DNA of 64,000 bases, taken from assembly GCA_964252075.1 (NCBI GenBank), contig CAXULY010000030.1:1-64000 (forward strand), given 5' to 3'. A model generated the notes under the pieces. That model saw nothing but the letters and a program-made list of their open reading frames with translations. It was not told the origin of the DNA and did not search any database. The DNA comes from an uncultured Deinococcaceae bacterium. GTDB lineage: Bacteria > Deinococcota > Deinococci > Deinococcales > Deinococcaceae. This document shows positions 21,108 through 33,820 of this stretch, one piece after another; position 1 is the first letter of the stretch; each line of letters starts with the position of its first letter. The position numbers and the translations under genes were made by a program.

Positions 21108-21659
21108 ATGAGCGGCACCGAGATCGTGTTCGAGACGCACGCCTGGAGCGAGGACAACGAGCGGGGGCGCGCGACGGGCTGGCTGGACGGGCGCCTCTCG
21201 CCCAGGGGCCGCGCGCTGGCCGCCGAGCTGGGAGAGCGGCGGCGAGGCGACGGCCTGAGCGCCGTGTTCACCTCGGACCTGGGTCGCGCCGTCGAGACGG
21301 CCCGCATCGCCTTCGCTGACTCGGACCTGCCCCTCCTGCTGGACTGGCGCCTGCGCGAGTGCGATTACGGCGCCCTGAACGGCGCGCCCGCCGAGGAGGT
21401 GCACGCGCGGCGCGTGGAGCACCTCGACGCGCCGTACCCGGGTGGGGAGAGCTGGCGGCAGGCGGTGGCGCGCGCGGGCCGCTTCCTGCACGACCTGCCG
21501 CCGCGCTGGTCGGGCCAGCGCGTGCTGGTCATCGGGCACGTCGCGACCCGCTGGGCGCTCGACTATCACCTGAACGGCGTGCCGCTCGAGGACCTGATCC
21601 GGGCGGACTTCGCGTGGCGCGAGGGCTGGGCGTACCACCTCCCTACTCACGCGAGATGA
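21108..21659 (+). CDS. Histidine phosphatase (phosphoglycerate mutase-like) family protein
   Basis: FETHA in place of [32 protein letters not shown]; overlaps the 3' end of glcD by 17 bp. Confidence 0.85.
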   Translation: MSGTEIVFETHAWSEDNERGRATGWLDGRLSPRGRALAAELGERRRGDGLSAVFTSDLGRAVETARIAFADSDLPLLLDWRLRECDYGALNGAPAEEVHARRVEHLDAPYPGGESWRQAVARAGRFLHDLPPRWSGQRVLVIGHVATRWALDYHLNGVPLEDLIRADFAWREGWAYHLPTHAR

Positions 21660-23097
21660 CCCCCGCGCGCTCCAGCGGGTGCGGGGCGTGCGCGTGCAGG
21701 GCGGGCGCCCCGCCGTCCGGGAAGACCTTGCCGGGGTTCGCGATCTCCTGCGGGTCCAGCGCGCGGCGCAGCGCCTCCATGAAGGCGATGTCGCCCGCGG
21801 AGAACATCTCCGGGAGGTACGCGCGCTTCTCCACGCCCACCCCGTGCTCGCCCGTGATGGAGCCGCCCAGCCCCACGCACAGGCGCAGGATGTCGCCCGC
21901 GAGCGCCTCCGCGCGCTCCAGCTCGCCCGGCACGCGCCCATCGAAGAGGATGAGGGGGTGCAGGTTCCCGTCGCCCGCGTGAAAGACGTTCGCCACCCGC
22001 AGGCCGTGGGTGGCGGAGAGCCGCGCGATCTCCGTCAGCGCCTCGCCCAGTTTCGCGCGGGGCACCACGCCGTCCTGCACGATGTAATCCGGGCTGAGGC
22101 GCCCCACCGCGCTGAACGCGCCCTTGCGGCCCTTCCAGATGCGCGCGCGCTCCTCCTCCGACTGCGCCACCCGCAACTCCGTCGCGCCACTCTCGCGCAT
22201 GAGGTCCAGCAGCGTCACGAACTCCGCCTCCACCGCGTCCGCCTCGCCCTCCAGTTCCACGATCAGCAGCGCCGCCGCGCGCGGGTACCCGGCGTGCACG
22301 GCGGCCTCCGCCGCCTCAATGGCGAGCGCGTCCATGATCTCCAGCGCGCCCGGCAGGAGGCCCGACGCGACCACCGTTGAGACCGCCTCGCCCGCCGCCG
22401 TGAGGGAATCGTACGCGGCGAGCAGCGTGCGGTAGCGCTCCGGGCGCGGCAGCAGGCGCAGCGTGACGGACAGCGCGATGCCGAACAGCCCCTCGGAACC
22501 CACGAAGAGGCCCGTGAGGTCCGGCCCGAGGCCCTCCGTGGACGCGCTCCCCAGCGTGACCACCTCGCCCGTCGGGAGGACCGCCGTGAGGCCCAGCACG
22601 TGATTCGCGGTCATGCCGTACTTCAGGCAGTGCGCGCCCCCGGAGTTGAACGCCACGTTCCCGCCGATGGTGCACACACTCTGGCTGCTGGGGTCCGGCG
22701 CGTAATACAGGCCGTGCGGCGCCGCCGCCGCCGACACCGCGAGGTTCGTCACGCCCGGCTGCACCGTCACCGTGCGCGCCACAGGGTCCAGACCCGTGAT
22801 GCGGTTCAGCTTGTTCAGCGCGATCAGCACGCCACCCGGCACCGGCAGGCTCCCGCCCGACAGGGACGTGCCGCTCCCCCGCGCCACGAAGGGCACCGCG
22901 TGCGCGTGGCAAGCGCGCACCGTCTGAATCACGTCGTCCTCGGTCTGCGCGAGCACCACCGCGAGCGGCTCCGCACGGAAACTGGTGAGCGCGTCCGAGG
23001 CGTACGCGGAGCGCGCCGCGGCGCCCACCTGCAGCACGCCGGGGGGCAGCAGGCGGCGCAGGTCGCTCAGCAGCGCTTGAGGGTCAGGGGTGGGCAC
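21643..23097 (-). CDS. glcD: Glycolate oxidase subunit (FAD-linked oxidase, GlcD-like)
   Basis: [61 protein letters not shown]. Confidence 0.9.
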   Translation of the reverse strand: MPTPDPQALLSDLRRLLPPGVLQVGAAARSAYASDALTSFRAEPLAVVLAQTEDDVIQTVRACHAHAVPFVARGSGTSLSGGSLPVPGGVLIALNKLNRITGLDPVARTVTVQPGVTNLAVSAAAAPHGLYYAPDPSSQSVCTIGGNVAFNSGGAHCLKYGMTANHVLGLTAVLPTGEVVTLGSASTEGLGPDLTGLFVGSEGLFGIALSVTLRLLPRPERYRTLLAAYDSLTAAGEAVSTVVASGLLPGALEIMDALAIEAAEAAVHAGYPRAAALLIVELEGEADAVEAEFVTLLDLMRESGATELRVAQSEEERARIWKGRKGAFSAVGRLSPDYIVQDGVVPRAKLGEALTEIARLSATHGLRVANVFHAGDGNLHPLILFDGRVPGELERAEALAGDILRLCVGLGGSITGEHGVGVEKRAYLPEMFSAGDIAFMEALRRALDPQEIANPGKVFPDGGAPALHAHAPHPLERAGVISRE

Positions 23098-23132
23098 GGG
23101 GCGCTCCTCTCGGGGGTGGATGTGCCCCCAGC

Positions 23133-24478
23133 TTAGCCCCTCAGCGCCTCCACAAACCTGGCCCCGGTCGTGGCGCGCACCTCCTCCAAAGTCGTGCCGG
23201 GCATCAGTTCGGTGAGGGTCAGGCGCCCATCGGGGAACTCGAACACCGCCTTGTCCGTGATGACCATGTCCACCGCGCCCCGCGCCGTGAGGGGCAGCGT
23301 GCAGGTCTCCACGATCTTCGGGGTGCCGTCCGGGTCGGTGTGTGTCATGGTGACGATCAGGCGGCGCGCGCCGCTCGCGAGGTCCATCGCGCCGCCCACG
23401 CCAAGCAGCGGCTTGCCGGGCACCGCCCAGTTCGCGAGGTTCGCGCGCGCGTCCACCTGCAGGCCGCCCATCACGGCCACGTCCACGTGCCGCCCGCGAA
23501 TCATGCCGAAGCTGTCCGCGCTGTCGAAGTAACTCGCGCCGGGCAGGGCCGTCACGGGAATCTTCCCGGCGTTCACGGGGTAGTCCAGCGCGCCGCCGTC
23601 CTGCGGTGCGGGGCCGACGCCCAGCATGCCGTTCTCCGTGTGCAGGTTGAGGTTCAGCTCCGGCGTGATGAGGTCCGCGACGAGGGTGGGAATGCCGATG
23701 CCGAGGTTCACCACGTCACCAGAACGCAGTTCCCGCAGGGCGCGGCGGGCCATGTGGAGGCGCGCGTCATCCACCTTCTTGGCGCCGCCCTTCACGTCCG
23801 CGCTGCTGCCCAGGCTCTCGGGCGTGAGGTGCGCCTGCACGAGGTAATCCACGAACAGACCTGGCGTGTGAATCTGGTTCGGGTCGAGCGTCCCGACCGG
23901 CACGATCTCCTCGACTTCCGCCACCACGACCCCGGCGGCGGTCGCCATGGCGCGGTTGAAGTTCTGCTCGGTCAGGCGGTACTGGAGGTTCCCGGCGGTG
24001 TCCGCGCGCCACGCGCGCACGAAGGCCACGTCGCCGCGCAGGGCGGGCACGAACACCATCTCGCGCCCGTCCAGCACGCGCGTCTCGGCCTCCTGCGCGA
24101 TGACGGTCCCGGCGGCGGTGGGCGTGAAGAAACCCCCGATGCCCGCGCCGCCCGCCCGCAGCGCCTCCGCGAGCGTGCCCTGCGGCATCAGCTGCACCTC
24201 CAGCGCGCCGCTCTGCGCCGCCGCGACCGCCTCACGGTTGCTGGTGAAGAAGCTCCCCATGGCCTTCCTCAGCTGCCCGTTTCTCAGCAGGCGCCCGCCG
24301 CTCAGACCCGCCTCGCCCACATTGTTCCCCACGAAGGTGAGGTCGCGCGTGTCCGTCTCCGCGAGGGCGTGCACGAGCTGCACGGGATTGCCGGTCATGC
24401 CGAAGCCGCCCACCAGCAGGGTGTCGCCGGACTTCACGAGTGCGGCGGCCTCCTGCGGCGTGATGACGGGCACCTGCT

Positions 24479-24482
<4 letters not shown>
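23133..24482 (-). CDS. 3-oxoacid CoA-transferase, fused alpha+beta subunits
   Basis: N-half [24 protein letters not shown]-half [12 protein letters not shown] (catalytic Glu), [13 protein letters not shown] overlap with the thiolase stop. Confidence 0.92.
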
Positions 24483-25756
<1,274 letters not shown>

Positions 25757-26048
25757 GGCGGCCTCAGTCTAGCGGCACAGGAAGTGCGCTGGAACGGGCT
25801 TTTCACCGGAAAGGCCGGAGGCGCTGACGCGCCTGCCCAACGGCTGAAGCCATTTCGAGTACCTGGCATTTGAAAAGCTGACGCTCATGCGGCGCCAGTG
25901 CCGCCCCTGGTCAGCGCCTGGGTGACGCCATGCAGGAAGACATAAATCCGACTACCCACCGTCATACGCTGGGCCGCATCGTCCGGGTCCCGCCCAGGCG
26001 CCGCGGTCGGCCCAACGTGCTGTGGGGGCTGATTGTGCGGCGCGCGCC

Positions 26049-26696
<648 letters not shown>

Positions 26697-26760
26697 CTTG
26701 CCACGCGCACGCCGCCGGAACACACAGTTGCTCCGCTGGGGGGCGTGTTAGCGTCCCGCC

Positions 26761-27402
26761 ATGACCATCACGAACGACGCGCCCATCCTGGTGTACTACG
26801 ACTTCCTGTGCCCCTACGCGTGGCGCGGGCTGGAACTCGCGGCGCTGCTGCGCGAGGAGCGCGGCCTCACCTTCACGCTGCGGCACTACAGCCTCGTGCA
26901 GGGCAACCACCCGGAGAACCCGAATCGCGCGGAGCCCACGTGGTGGCTGCACCAGCAGCCCCTGACGGGCGAGGGCCTGAGTGGCGCGCACACCGGCAGC
27001 CTGCGCGCCTTCCTGGCGGATCAGGCGGCCGCGCGGCAGGGCGAGGACGCCCGCTGGCGCTTCGTGCTGACGCTCTTCCGGCAGCGGCACGCGCAGGGGC
27101 AGGACCTGAGTGACCCGAACACCATTCAGGCGGCCGCGACGGAAGCGGGACTGGACGCCGAGCGCTTCGCGGCGGACCTGCAGGACGACGCGGGCCTGCG
27201 CGCGGCGCTGGAGGGCGACCTGCGCGCCGCCGCCACCCTGAAGGTCTTCGGGACGCCCACCTTCCAGTTCCCGGACGGGAACGCCGCGTACTTCCGCTTC
27301 GCCGCGCCGCCCACCGCACAGGGCGCGGGCGTCCTGTGGGACCTGTACACGCAGGTCCTCACGAGCGACGCGCGCGTCGAGACCATCAAGCGCCCCCGCT
27401 GA
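26761..27402 (+). CDS. DsbA/FrnE-like thioredoxin-fold protein (single-Cys CPYA)
   Basis: VYYDFLCPYAW and VFGTPTF (cis-Pro loop); TAGCGT -10 box 6 nt upstream. Confidence 0.82.
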   Translation: MTITNDAPILVYYDFLCPYAWRGLELAALLREERGLTFTLRHYSLVQGNHPENPNRAEPTWWLHQQPLTGEGLSGAHTGSLRAFLADQAAARQGEDARWRFVLTLFRQRHAQGQDLSDPNTIQAAATEAGLDAERFAADLQDDAGLRAALEGDLRAAATLKVFGTPTFQFPDGNAAYFRFAAPPTAQGAGVLWDLYTQVLTSDARVETIKRPR

Positions 27403-27484
27403 GCGGTCTTCTGTGGGCGCGCTCAAGGCGAAGGGTGCTTTTCCGGCGGTGCGGTCTCAGGTGCCTGACGTAAGGTGAGACTCA

Positions 27485-28821
27485 ATGACGAGCACCCTCA
27501 CCAGCAAGTCCAGTGCCCTCTTCGAGCGCGCCCAGCGCGTGACGCCGGGCGGCGTGAACTCCCCCGTGCGCGCCTTCGGCGCGGTGGGCGGCCAGCCGCG
27601 CTTCATCGCCCGCGCGGACGGCGCGTACCTCACCGACGCGGACGGCGCGCGCCTCCTCGACTACATCGGGTCGTGGGGGCCCATGATCCTCGGGCACAAC
27701 CACCCCGCCGTGCGGGAGGCCGTGACGGCCGCCCTCGCGAACGGCACGAGTTACGGCGCGCCCAGCCTGGGCGAGGTGGAACTCGCGGAGCTCGTCACGC
27801 GCCTCACCCGCACCGAGAAGCTGCGCTTCGTGAACAGCGGCACCGAGGCCACCATGAGCGCCCTGCGCCTCGCGCGCGGCTTCACCGGGCGCAAGTACGC
27901 CGTGAAGTTCCGCGGGAACTACCACGGGCACGCCGATGGCCTGCTCGTCGAGGCGGGCAGCGGCCTCATGACGGTCGCCGCGGAGGACCACGCGCTCGGG
28001 CGGGCGGCGCCCAGCAGCGCGGGCGTGCCGGAGGAGTACGCGTCCCTCACCCTCGTCGCGGAGTACAACGACCCGGGCGGCCTCGACCGCCTCATGCAGA
28101 CGCGCGGGCACGAGATCGCCGCCGTGATCTTCGAGCCCGTGGTGGGCAACGCGGGCGTGCTGATCCCCACCACGGAGTTCCTGGCGGCGCTGCACCGCGT
28201 GCGGGAGACCGGTGCCCTGCTCGTCGCGGACGAGGTCATGACGGGCTTCCGCCAGGCGCTGGGCGGCGCGACCGAACGCCTGGGCCTCACACCGGACCTG
28301 ATCTGCTGGGGGAAGATCATCGGCGGTGGCCTCCCGGTGGGCGCGTACGGCGGCCGCGCCGAGGTGATGGACTTCGTGAGCCCCAAAGGCCCCGTGTACC
28401 AGGCGGGCACCCTGAGCGGCAACCCCATCGCCATGGCGGCGGGCCTCGCCACCCTGCGCGCCCTGGAGTCCGACCCTGGCCTGTACGGGCGGCTGGACGC
28501 CTACACGGGCCGCCTCGCGGACGGCCTGCGGCACGAGGCCGCGCAGGCGGGCGTGCCCGTCACCGTGAACCAAATCGGCAGCATGCTCACCGTGTTCTTC
28601 CTCGAAGGTCCCGTGCGCAGCTACGTGGATGCGGCGCGCGCGGACACCGGACGCTTCGCGCAGTGGTTCCGCGCGATGCTGGCGCGCGGCGTGTACTGGG
28701 CGCCCAGTCAGTTTGAGAGCATCTTCGTGTCCGCCGCGCACGGCGAAACCGAACTCTCCACCACCCTCGCCGCCGCCCGCGAGGCCTTCTCCGAACTGGA
28801 CGGCACCCAAGGAGGCGCGGC

Positions 28822-28825
<4 letters not shown>
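27485..28825 (+). CDS. hemL: Glutamate-1-semialdehyde 2,1-aminomutase
   Basis: PGGVNSPVRAF, DYIGSWGP, NSGTEATMSA, DEVMTGFR, GKIIGGGLPVGAYGG, YQAGTLSGNP. Confidence 0.96.
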
Positions 28826-29250
<425 letters not shown>

Positions 29251-29431
29251 GTGCAGCCGGGGCGAGGGTGTACAGGCTGCGGTAGAGGAAGGGGCGCCAC
29301 GTGAGCGTCCCCTTCGGGAGCGGCGGGGATTGATCCAGCATCTGTCGCTCAGGGACCAGCAGGAGCGGCAACCTTACCCGTGCATGGACCGATTCCACTG
29401 CGCCCCCACCTTCAAGAAGACGCCCCACTAT

Positions 29432-29471
29432 GAAGTGGGGCGGCCGGGAGAGATCCCGGCCGCCCCACTTC
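29432..29471. terminator. 18-bp-stem hairpin downstream of lpdA
   Basis: GAAGTGGGGCGGCCGGGA-gaga-TCCCGGCCGCCCCACTTC. Confidence 0.75.
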
Positions 29472-29478
29472 CATCCCT

Positions 29479-30885
29479 TTAGCGGTTCATGATGTGGATG
29501 GCCTGCTTGTGCACGGCTTCCGCCGCTTCCAGCACGCTCTCCCCGAGGGTGGGGTGCGCGTGGATGGTGAGGGCCACGTCCGTGGCGGTGGCGGCCATTT
29601 CGAGCGCGAGGCCCGCCTCGCGCAGCAGGTCGGAGGCGTGCGGCCCGAGGATGTGCACGCCGAGCAGCAGGTCGGTGTCTTCCTCCACGACCATCTTCAC
29701 GAAGCCCTCGGTGGCCTGGAGGGTCATGGCGCGGCCAGACGCGGAGAGCGGGAACTGCCCGGTGCGGACCTTGAAGCCCTTCTCGCGCGCTTCCTGCTCG
29801 GTGAGGCCCACCCACGCGAGTTCGGGGGTGGTGTACACCACGCCGGGGATCGCGACGGGGTCCATCTCGGCGGGCTTCCCGGCGATCACCTCAGCGGCCA
29901 CGATGCCTTCCTTCATGGCCTTGTGCGCCAGCATGGGGTTCCCGGCCACGTCGCCGATCGCGAAGATGTGCGGGACGTTCGTGCGCATGGTGCGGTCCAC
30001 GGGGATGAAGCCGCGGTCGCTCACGTTGACGCCCGCCGCCTCCAGCCCCAGGCCCTTGCTGCGTGGGCGGCGGCCCACGGCGACCAGCACGCGGTCGTAG
30101 ACCTCGGTGGTCTTCTCGCCGGTCTGCACGTTCTCCAGTTCCACGTGCAGGCCGTCGTCCTTCTGCTCGTACCGGTTGGCTTTGGTGGAGGTCTGGATGG
30201 TGATGCCCTGCTTTTTCATGGCCTTCACGAATTCCGTCACGGCGCCCGCGTCCGCGCCGGGAATCACATTCGGCAGGAACTCAATGACCTTCACCTTGCT
30301 GCCCAGGTTGTTGTACATGTGCGCGAACTCGAAGCCGATCACGCCGCCGCCGATGCACAGCATGCGGCCCGGGATGGGGTCCGGCACGGTGAGGGCGCCC
30401 GTGCTGTCCACAATCTGCACCTGATCCACGGGGAAGGTGGGGAGCGCGGCGGGTTCGGAGCCCGTCGCGATGATGATGTTGCGCGCGGTGTAGGTCTTGT
30501 CACCCACCTGCACGGTGTTCGCGTCCTTGAAGGTCGCCTGCCCGATCAGGTGCGTGACCTTGTTGGCCTTGAAGAGGCTCGCGACGCCGCCCGTGAGCTT
30601 CTTGACGATGCCGTCCTTCCAGCCGTTGAGCTTGGTGATGTCCAGCGTCGGCTCGCCAAAGGTCAGGCCGAAGTCGCCCGCGTGGCGGCTGGCGGCGAGC
30701 GTCTCGCCCGCGTGCAGCAGCGCCTTGGTGGGGATGCAGCCGATGTTCAGGCACACGCCGCCCACCGCGCCCATCTCGGCGCAGGCGACCTTCAGGCCGA
30801 GTTGCCCCGCGCGGATCGCGGCGTGGTACCCGCCAGGTCCGGCGCCGATCACGAGCAGATCAAAGTCCATGCTTGGGGTGGTCAT
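29479..30885 (-). CDS. lpdA: Dihydrolipoyl dehydrogenase
   Basis: [22 protein letters not shown] redox disulfide, [20 protein letters not shown] -10 box 6 nt upstream. Confidence 0.96.
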   Translation of the reverse strand: MTTPSMDFDLLVIGAGPGGYHAAIRAGQLGLKVACAEMGAVGGVCLNIGCIPTKALLHAGETLAASRHAGDFGLTFGEPTLDITKLNGWKDGIVKKLTGGVASLFKANKVTHLIGQATFKDANTVQVGDKTYTARNIIIATGSEPAALPTFPVDQVQIVDSTGALTVPDPIPGRMLCIGGGVIGFEFAHMYNNLGSKVKVIEFLPNVIPGADAGAVTEFVKAMKKQGITIQTSTKANRYEQKDDGLHVELENVQTGEKTTEVYDRVLVAVGRRPRSKGLGLEAAGVNVSDRGFIPVDRTMRTNVPHIFAIGDVAGNPMLAHKAMKEGIVAAEVIAGKPAEMDPVAIPGVVYTTPELAWVGLTEQEAREKGFKVRTGQFPLSASGRAMTLQATEGFVKMVVEEDTDLLLGVHILGPHASDLLREAGLALEMAATATDVALTIHAHPTLGESVLEAAEAVHKQAIHIMNR

Positions 30886-31036
30886 GACCGCAGTCTAACG
30901 GCTGTTCGGGTGGGGCAAGTGTGCCGCGCGACAGGTCAAAAAGGCACCACTCACAGACGGAAATGGTGAATCCTGCGCGTCCCCGGGGTCGTACTGTGGA
31001 GGTGGCGCGCGTGGCGCCGGAAAGAGGGCAGACACA

Positions 31037-31975
31037 GTGGCGGCAACTGGTGCAAGACCAACGGTGGCTGGGCGGTTCCCCGTGCGCTGGGTGGCGGTGG
31101 TGCTGGTGGTGCTGGCCCTGCTGTTCGTGATCGGGGAGAGCGTGACGGTGATCGGGCCGCGCGACATCGGCCTGAAGTTCTCGAAGGCGGGCAGCGTGCG
31201 CGGCATCAGCAACGTCGCGGTGGTGTCCGGCTACGTGCTGTTCAACCCCCTCACCACGGAGATCATCCGCTACCCGCGCGGCCTGCAGAACTACACCTGG
31301 ACGCGCGCGAGCGCGGAGGGGGACGCGGCGGACGAGAGTTTCACCTTCAACTCCAGCGATCAGGTGAAGCTGAACGGCGACGTGAACTTCGGCTACGAAC
31401 TGCAGGGCGTGCAGGCGCCCGTCATTTACGTGCGCTACGGGCCGGACATTGAGCGCATCACGCACGGGTACATTCACTCGGTGGTGCGGGACGCCATCAC
31501 GCGCACCGCGTCGCAGTTCACGGCGGACCAGATGCTCGGTCAGGGCCGCGCGCGTTTCGAGGACACCTCCGCGGCGGAAGTGAAGCGCGTGCTGGAGCCG
31601 CAGGGCTTCCTGATCCGCAACTTCAGTTTCATCGGGGAGATCCGCCCGCCGCAGGCCATCGCGAACGCCATCACCGCGAAGATCGAGGCGCAGCAGCAGG
31701 CGGTGCAGGCGCAGAACAAGATCGTGCAGTCGCAGGCGGAGGCGCAGCAGGCGGTGGCGCGCGCGCGCGGCGAGGCGCAGGCCATCCTGGTGCGCGCGCA
31801 GGCGCAGGCGCAGGCGAACAAGATCATCGCGGCGAGCCTCACGCCGGAACTCGTGCAGGCGAAGCAGATCGAGAAGTGGAACGGCGCGCTCCCGCAGTAC
31901 GCGGGCGGCGGTGGGGTGGGCTTCCTCGTGCAGCCCAGTCCCGCGCGGGCGCTGCCCGCCGGGAAGTCACCCTGA
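31037..31975 (+). CDS. SPFH/prohibitin (band 7) domain membrane protein
   Basis: N-terminal TM helix, SPFH core, Ala/Gln coiled coil (AEAQQAVARARGEAQA), IEKWNGALP tail. Confidence 0.87.
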   Translation: MAATGARPTVAGRFPVRWVAVVLVVLALLFVIGESVTVIGPRDIGLKFSKAGSVRGISNVAVVSGYVLFNPLTTEIIRYPRGLQNYTWTRASAEGDAADESFTFNSSDQVKLNGDVNFGYELQGVQAPVIYVRYGPDIERITHGYIHSVVRDAITRTASQFTADQMLGQGRARFEDTSAAEVKRVLEPQGFLIRNFSFIGEIRPPQAIANAITAKIEAQQQAVQAQNKIVQSQAEAQQAVARARGEAQAILVRAQAQAQANKIIAASLTPELVQAKQIEKWNGALPQYAGGGGVGFLVQPSPARALPAGKSP

Positions 31976-32034
31976 GGGGTGGCCTACGCCAAAAGTGGGA
32001 CGCGCGTCCTGGGTTCATCCCGTACACTTCAGTC

Positions 32035-32101
32035 AAGCTACGACCCAGCCGTGTGTGCCTGGAGGCTGCCCCGCACCTGAAGAAGGTGCCGGGCTTTTTT
32101 T
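32035..32101 (+). ncRNA. Candidate small RNA (own -10 box and intrinsic terminator)
   Basis: TACACT at 32023-32028 is not followed by a start codon; a CAGCC/GGCTG stem and then the terminator hairpin with T7 follow. Confidence 0.35.
32068..32101 (+). terminator. Intrinsic terminator
   Basis: GCCCCGCACCT-gaaga-AGGTGCCGGGC (one mismatch) plus TTTTTTT. Confidence 0.8.
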
Positions 32102-32119
32102 CGGTGAGGGCCCCTGGAT

Positions 32120-33226
32120 TCAGCCCGCGAGCGTGACGGGTGCGTCCAGGAACGCGCCGTACTGGGCGGCCGCCAGCGTGAGGCCGTGCCGTTCGGCGTC
32201 CGTGAGGCGCCGGAACGGCTGCGGGGTCACGCGCACGCCGCCGGCGTCCGCGTCGCGCCGCCAGGTGCCCACCACCTGTCCGGCGCTCACGATGGTGTTC
32301 ATGAACACGCCGTTGCCGCCCGGCACCAGCGTGCGCGCGTGCTGCGGGTCCAGCGCCGCGCGGCGGTCCGCGTAACCCAGCAGGTACTCGTCGAAGCCGG
32401 GCAGCAGCAGCACGTCCGGCGCGGGCGGTTCGGGGGGCGGTTCGGGGGGCGGTTCCGCGGGCGTCCAGAGCGTCTGGCCTTCCCAGTCCAGGGGTGCGAG
32501 CGGCACCTGGGCGGCGCTCAGCCCCGCGTGGGCGTCCGCGAGGCTCAGGCCCGCCCACCACGCGAAGTCCTGCACGCTCGCGGGACCCCGGCTGCCGAAG
32601 TACCGCGTGGCGAGCCGCGCGAGCGCCTCCTCGCGCGGCAGCGGCGGGACGGGCGCGGGTTCGCGCAGCGCCCGGAAGCGCGGCACCCCGCGCACCGCCG
32701 CACCCTGCACCAGCAGTCCCTCCACGGACGCCTGCTGCAGCACGAAGAGGCCGCGCCCCGCGTCGGTCGGCAGGCCGTGGTCGCGCAGGACCGCCAGGAG
32801 CGCCGCGCGGTCCTGCGGGCCCGCCGCGACCGCCCCGCCCAGCAGGTCGGTGCCGCGCGCCAGGGTGGTGGCGTCCAGGTTCAGGTCGCGCGCGCGGCGG
32901 GCCCGCGCCACCCGCAGGCGCGGGGTGATCAGTGCCAGCATCCAGGGCACGTCGCGCGTGGCCAGCAGGTGCAGGGTGCCGCGCATCAGCCAGGTCCGCG
33001 CCAGCGTGCCCGCGCGCAGCGCCGCCTCGACGGCCGCGTCGCTGCTGCCGGGCGCGCGCAGGCCCACCGACCACTTCGCGCCCGCGTAGTCCTGGCCCTG
33101 CAAGGCCCCCAGCCACGCCACGGCCTCCTCGGGCGCCGCGAAGCCCGGCGCGCGCAGCGCCTGGCGCGCCAGCCGGAGCTGCCGGACGGCCGCCTGGGGG
33201 GTGGGCGCGGGCGGGGTGTGCTGCAT
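32120..33226 (-). CDS. AlkZ/YcaQ-like (HTH_42) winged-helix DNA crosslink glycosylase family protein
   Basis: LQGQD (QxQ motif), RTWLMRGTLHL, RYFGSRGPASVQDFAWWAGL, LLPGFDEYLLGYADR, GQVVGTW. Confidence 0.87.
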   Translation of the reverse strand: MQHTPPAPTPQAAVRQLRLARQALRAPGFAAPEEAVAWLGALQGQDYAGAKWSVGLRAPGSSDAAVEAALRAGTLARTWLMRGTLHLLATRDVPWMLALITPRLRVARARRARDLNLDATTLARGTDLLGGAVAAGPQDRAALLAVLRDHGLPTDAGRGLFVLQQASVEGLLVQGAAVRGVPRFRALREPAPVPPLPREEALARLATRYFGSRGPASVQDFAWWAGLSLADAHAGLSAAQVPLAPLDWEGQTLWTPAEPPPEPPPEPPAPDVLLLPGFDEYLLGYADRRAALDPQHARTLVPGGNGVFMNTIVSAGQVVGTWRRDADAGGVRVTPQPFRRLTDAERHGLTLAAAQYGAFLDAPVTLAG

Positions 33227-33255
33227 GATTCGCCGCCAGCATAGCCGCCCCGCAC

Positions 33256-33286
33256 TTGACAGGGTCCCTTCAGCTCGGGTTAAGAT
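33256..33286 (+). promoter_or_regulatory. Sigma70-type promoter for the CAP-domain gene
   Basis: TTGACA (33256-33261), a 19-nt spacer and TAAGAT (33281-33286), 7 nt before the ATG at 33294. Confidence 0.55.
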
Positions 33287-33293
33287 TCGCCCC

Positions 33294-33764
33294 ATGAGGC
33301 AACTGGCTGTCCTGGCCGGGCTGCTGCTGAGCGGGGTGGGCGCGCTCGCGGGCAACCTGGACTCCACGCTGCTCTCCAAGCTCAACGCCGTGCGCGCGCA
33401 CGGCGTGGGCTGCCCGAGCGGCCCGCGCGCAGCCACCGCCGCGCTCCGCTGGAACGCGCAGCTGGCGCAGGCGGCGACGCAGCAGGCGAGCTACATGGCA
33501 AACGCCGGGCGCGTCACGCACACCGGGCGCAACGGCAGCACGCCGCGGCTGCGCGCCGCGAGTTTCGGCGTGGACGCCGTGAGCGTCACGGAGATCGTGT
33601 ACCTCGGCCAGCGCCCGGACCTGCAGCGCGCCCTGACGTGGTGGAAGAACTCCGCCGTGCACTGCTTCTACATGACGGACGGGCGTTACGCCCAGGCGGG
33701 CGCGAGCGTGGTGTCGGGCGCGCGCGGCACGGCGCTGGTCATCGTGATGAGCAGCGTGCGGTAA
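33294..33764 (+). CDS. Secreted CAP/SCP domain protein
   Basis: Signal peptide; LNAVRA.G..C, LRWNAQLAQAA, HTG.NGSTP..R, W.NS.VHC. Confidence 0.85.
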   Translation: MRQLAVLAGLLLSGVGALAGNLDSTLLSKLNAVRAHGVGCPSGPRAATAALRWNAQLAQAATQQASYMANAGRVTHTGRNGSTPRLRAASFGVDAVSVTEIVYLGQRPDLQRALTWWKNSAVHCFYMTDGRYAQAGASVVSGARGTALVIVMSSVR

Positions 33765-33820
33765 AGGTGTCTGATCAGTCACTGGTGGTTTCTTAGCCGC
33801 AAATCGGTACAATCGTGAGG

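Noticed and set aside
25757..26048. 292-bp spacer upstream of the thiolase as a possible ncRNA or riboswitch
   Set aside because: No recognisable aptamer consensus, convincing long stem or terminator; a TAGACT -10 box lies close to the thiolase start.
29251..29420. Somewhat lower-GC spacer after the CoA-binding gene as a possible gene remnant
   Set aside because: No family motif or credible start signal.
29605..29635. Arg in lpdA SDLLREAG where a small residue is usual
   Set aside because: A single substitution or base error; all catalytic motifs are intact.
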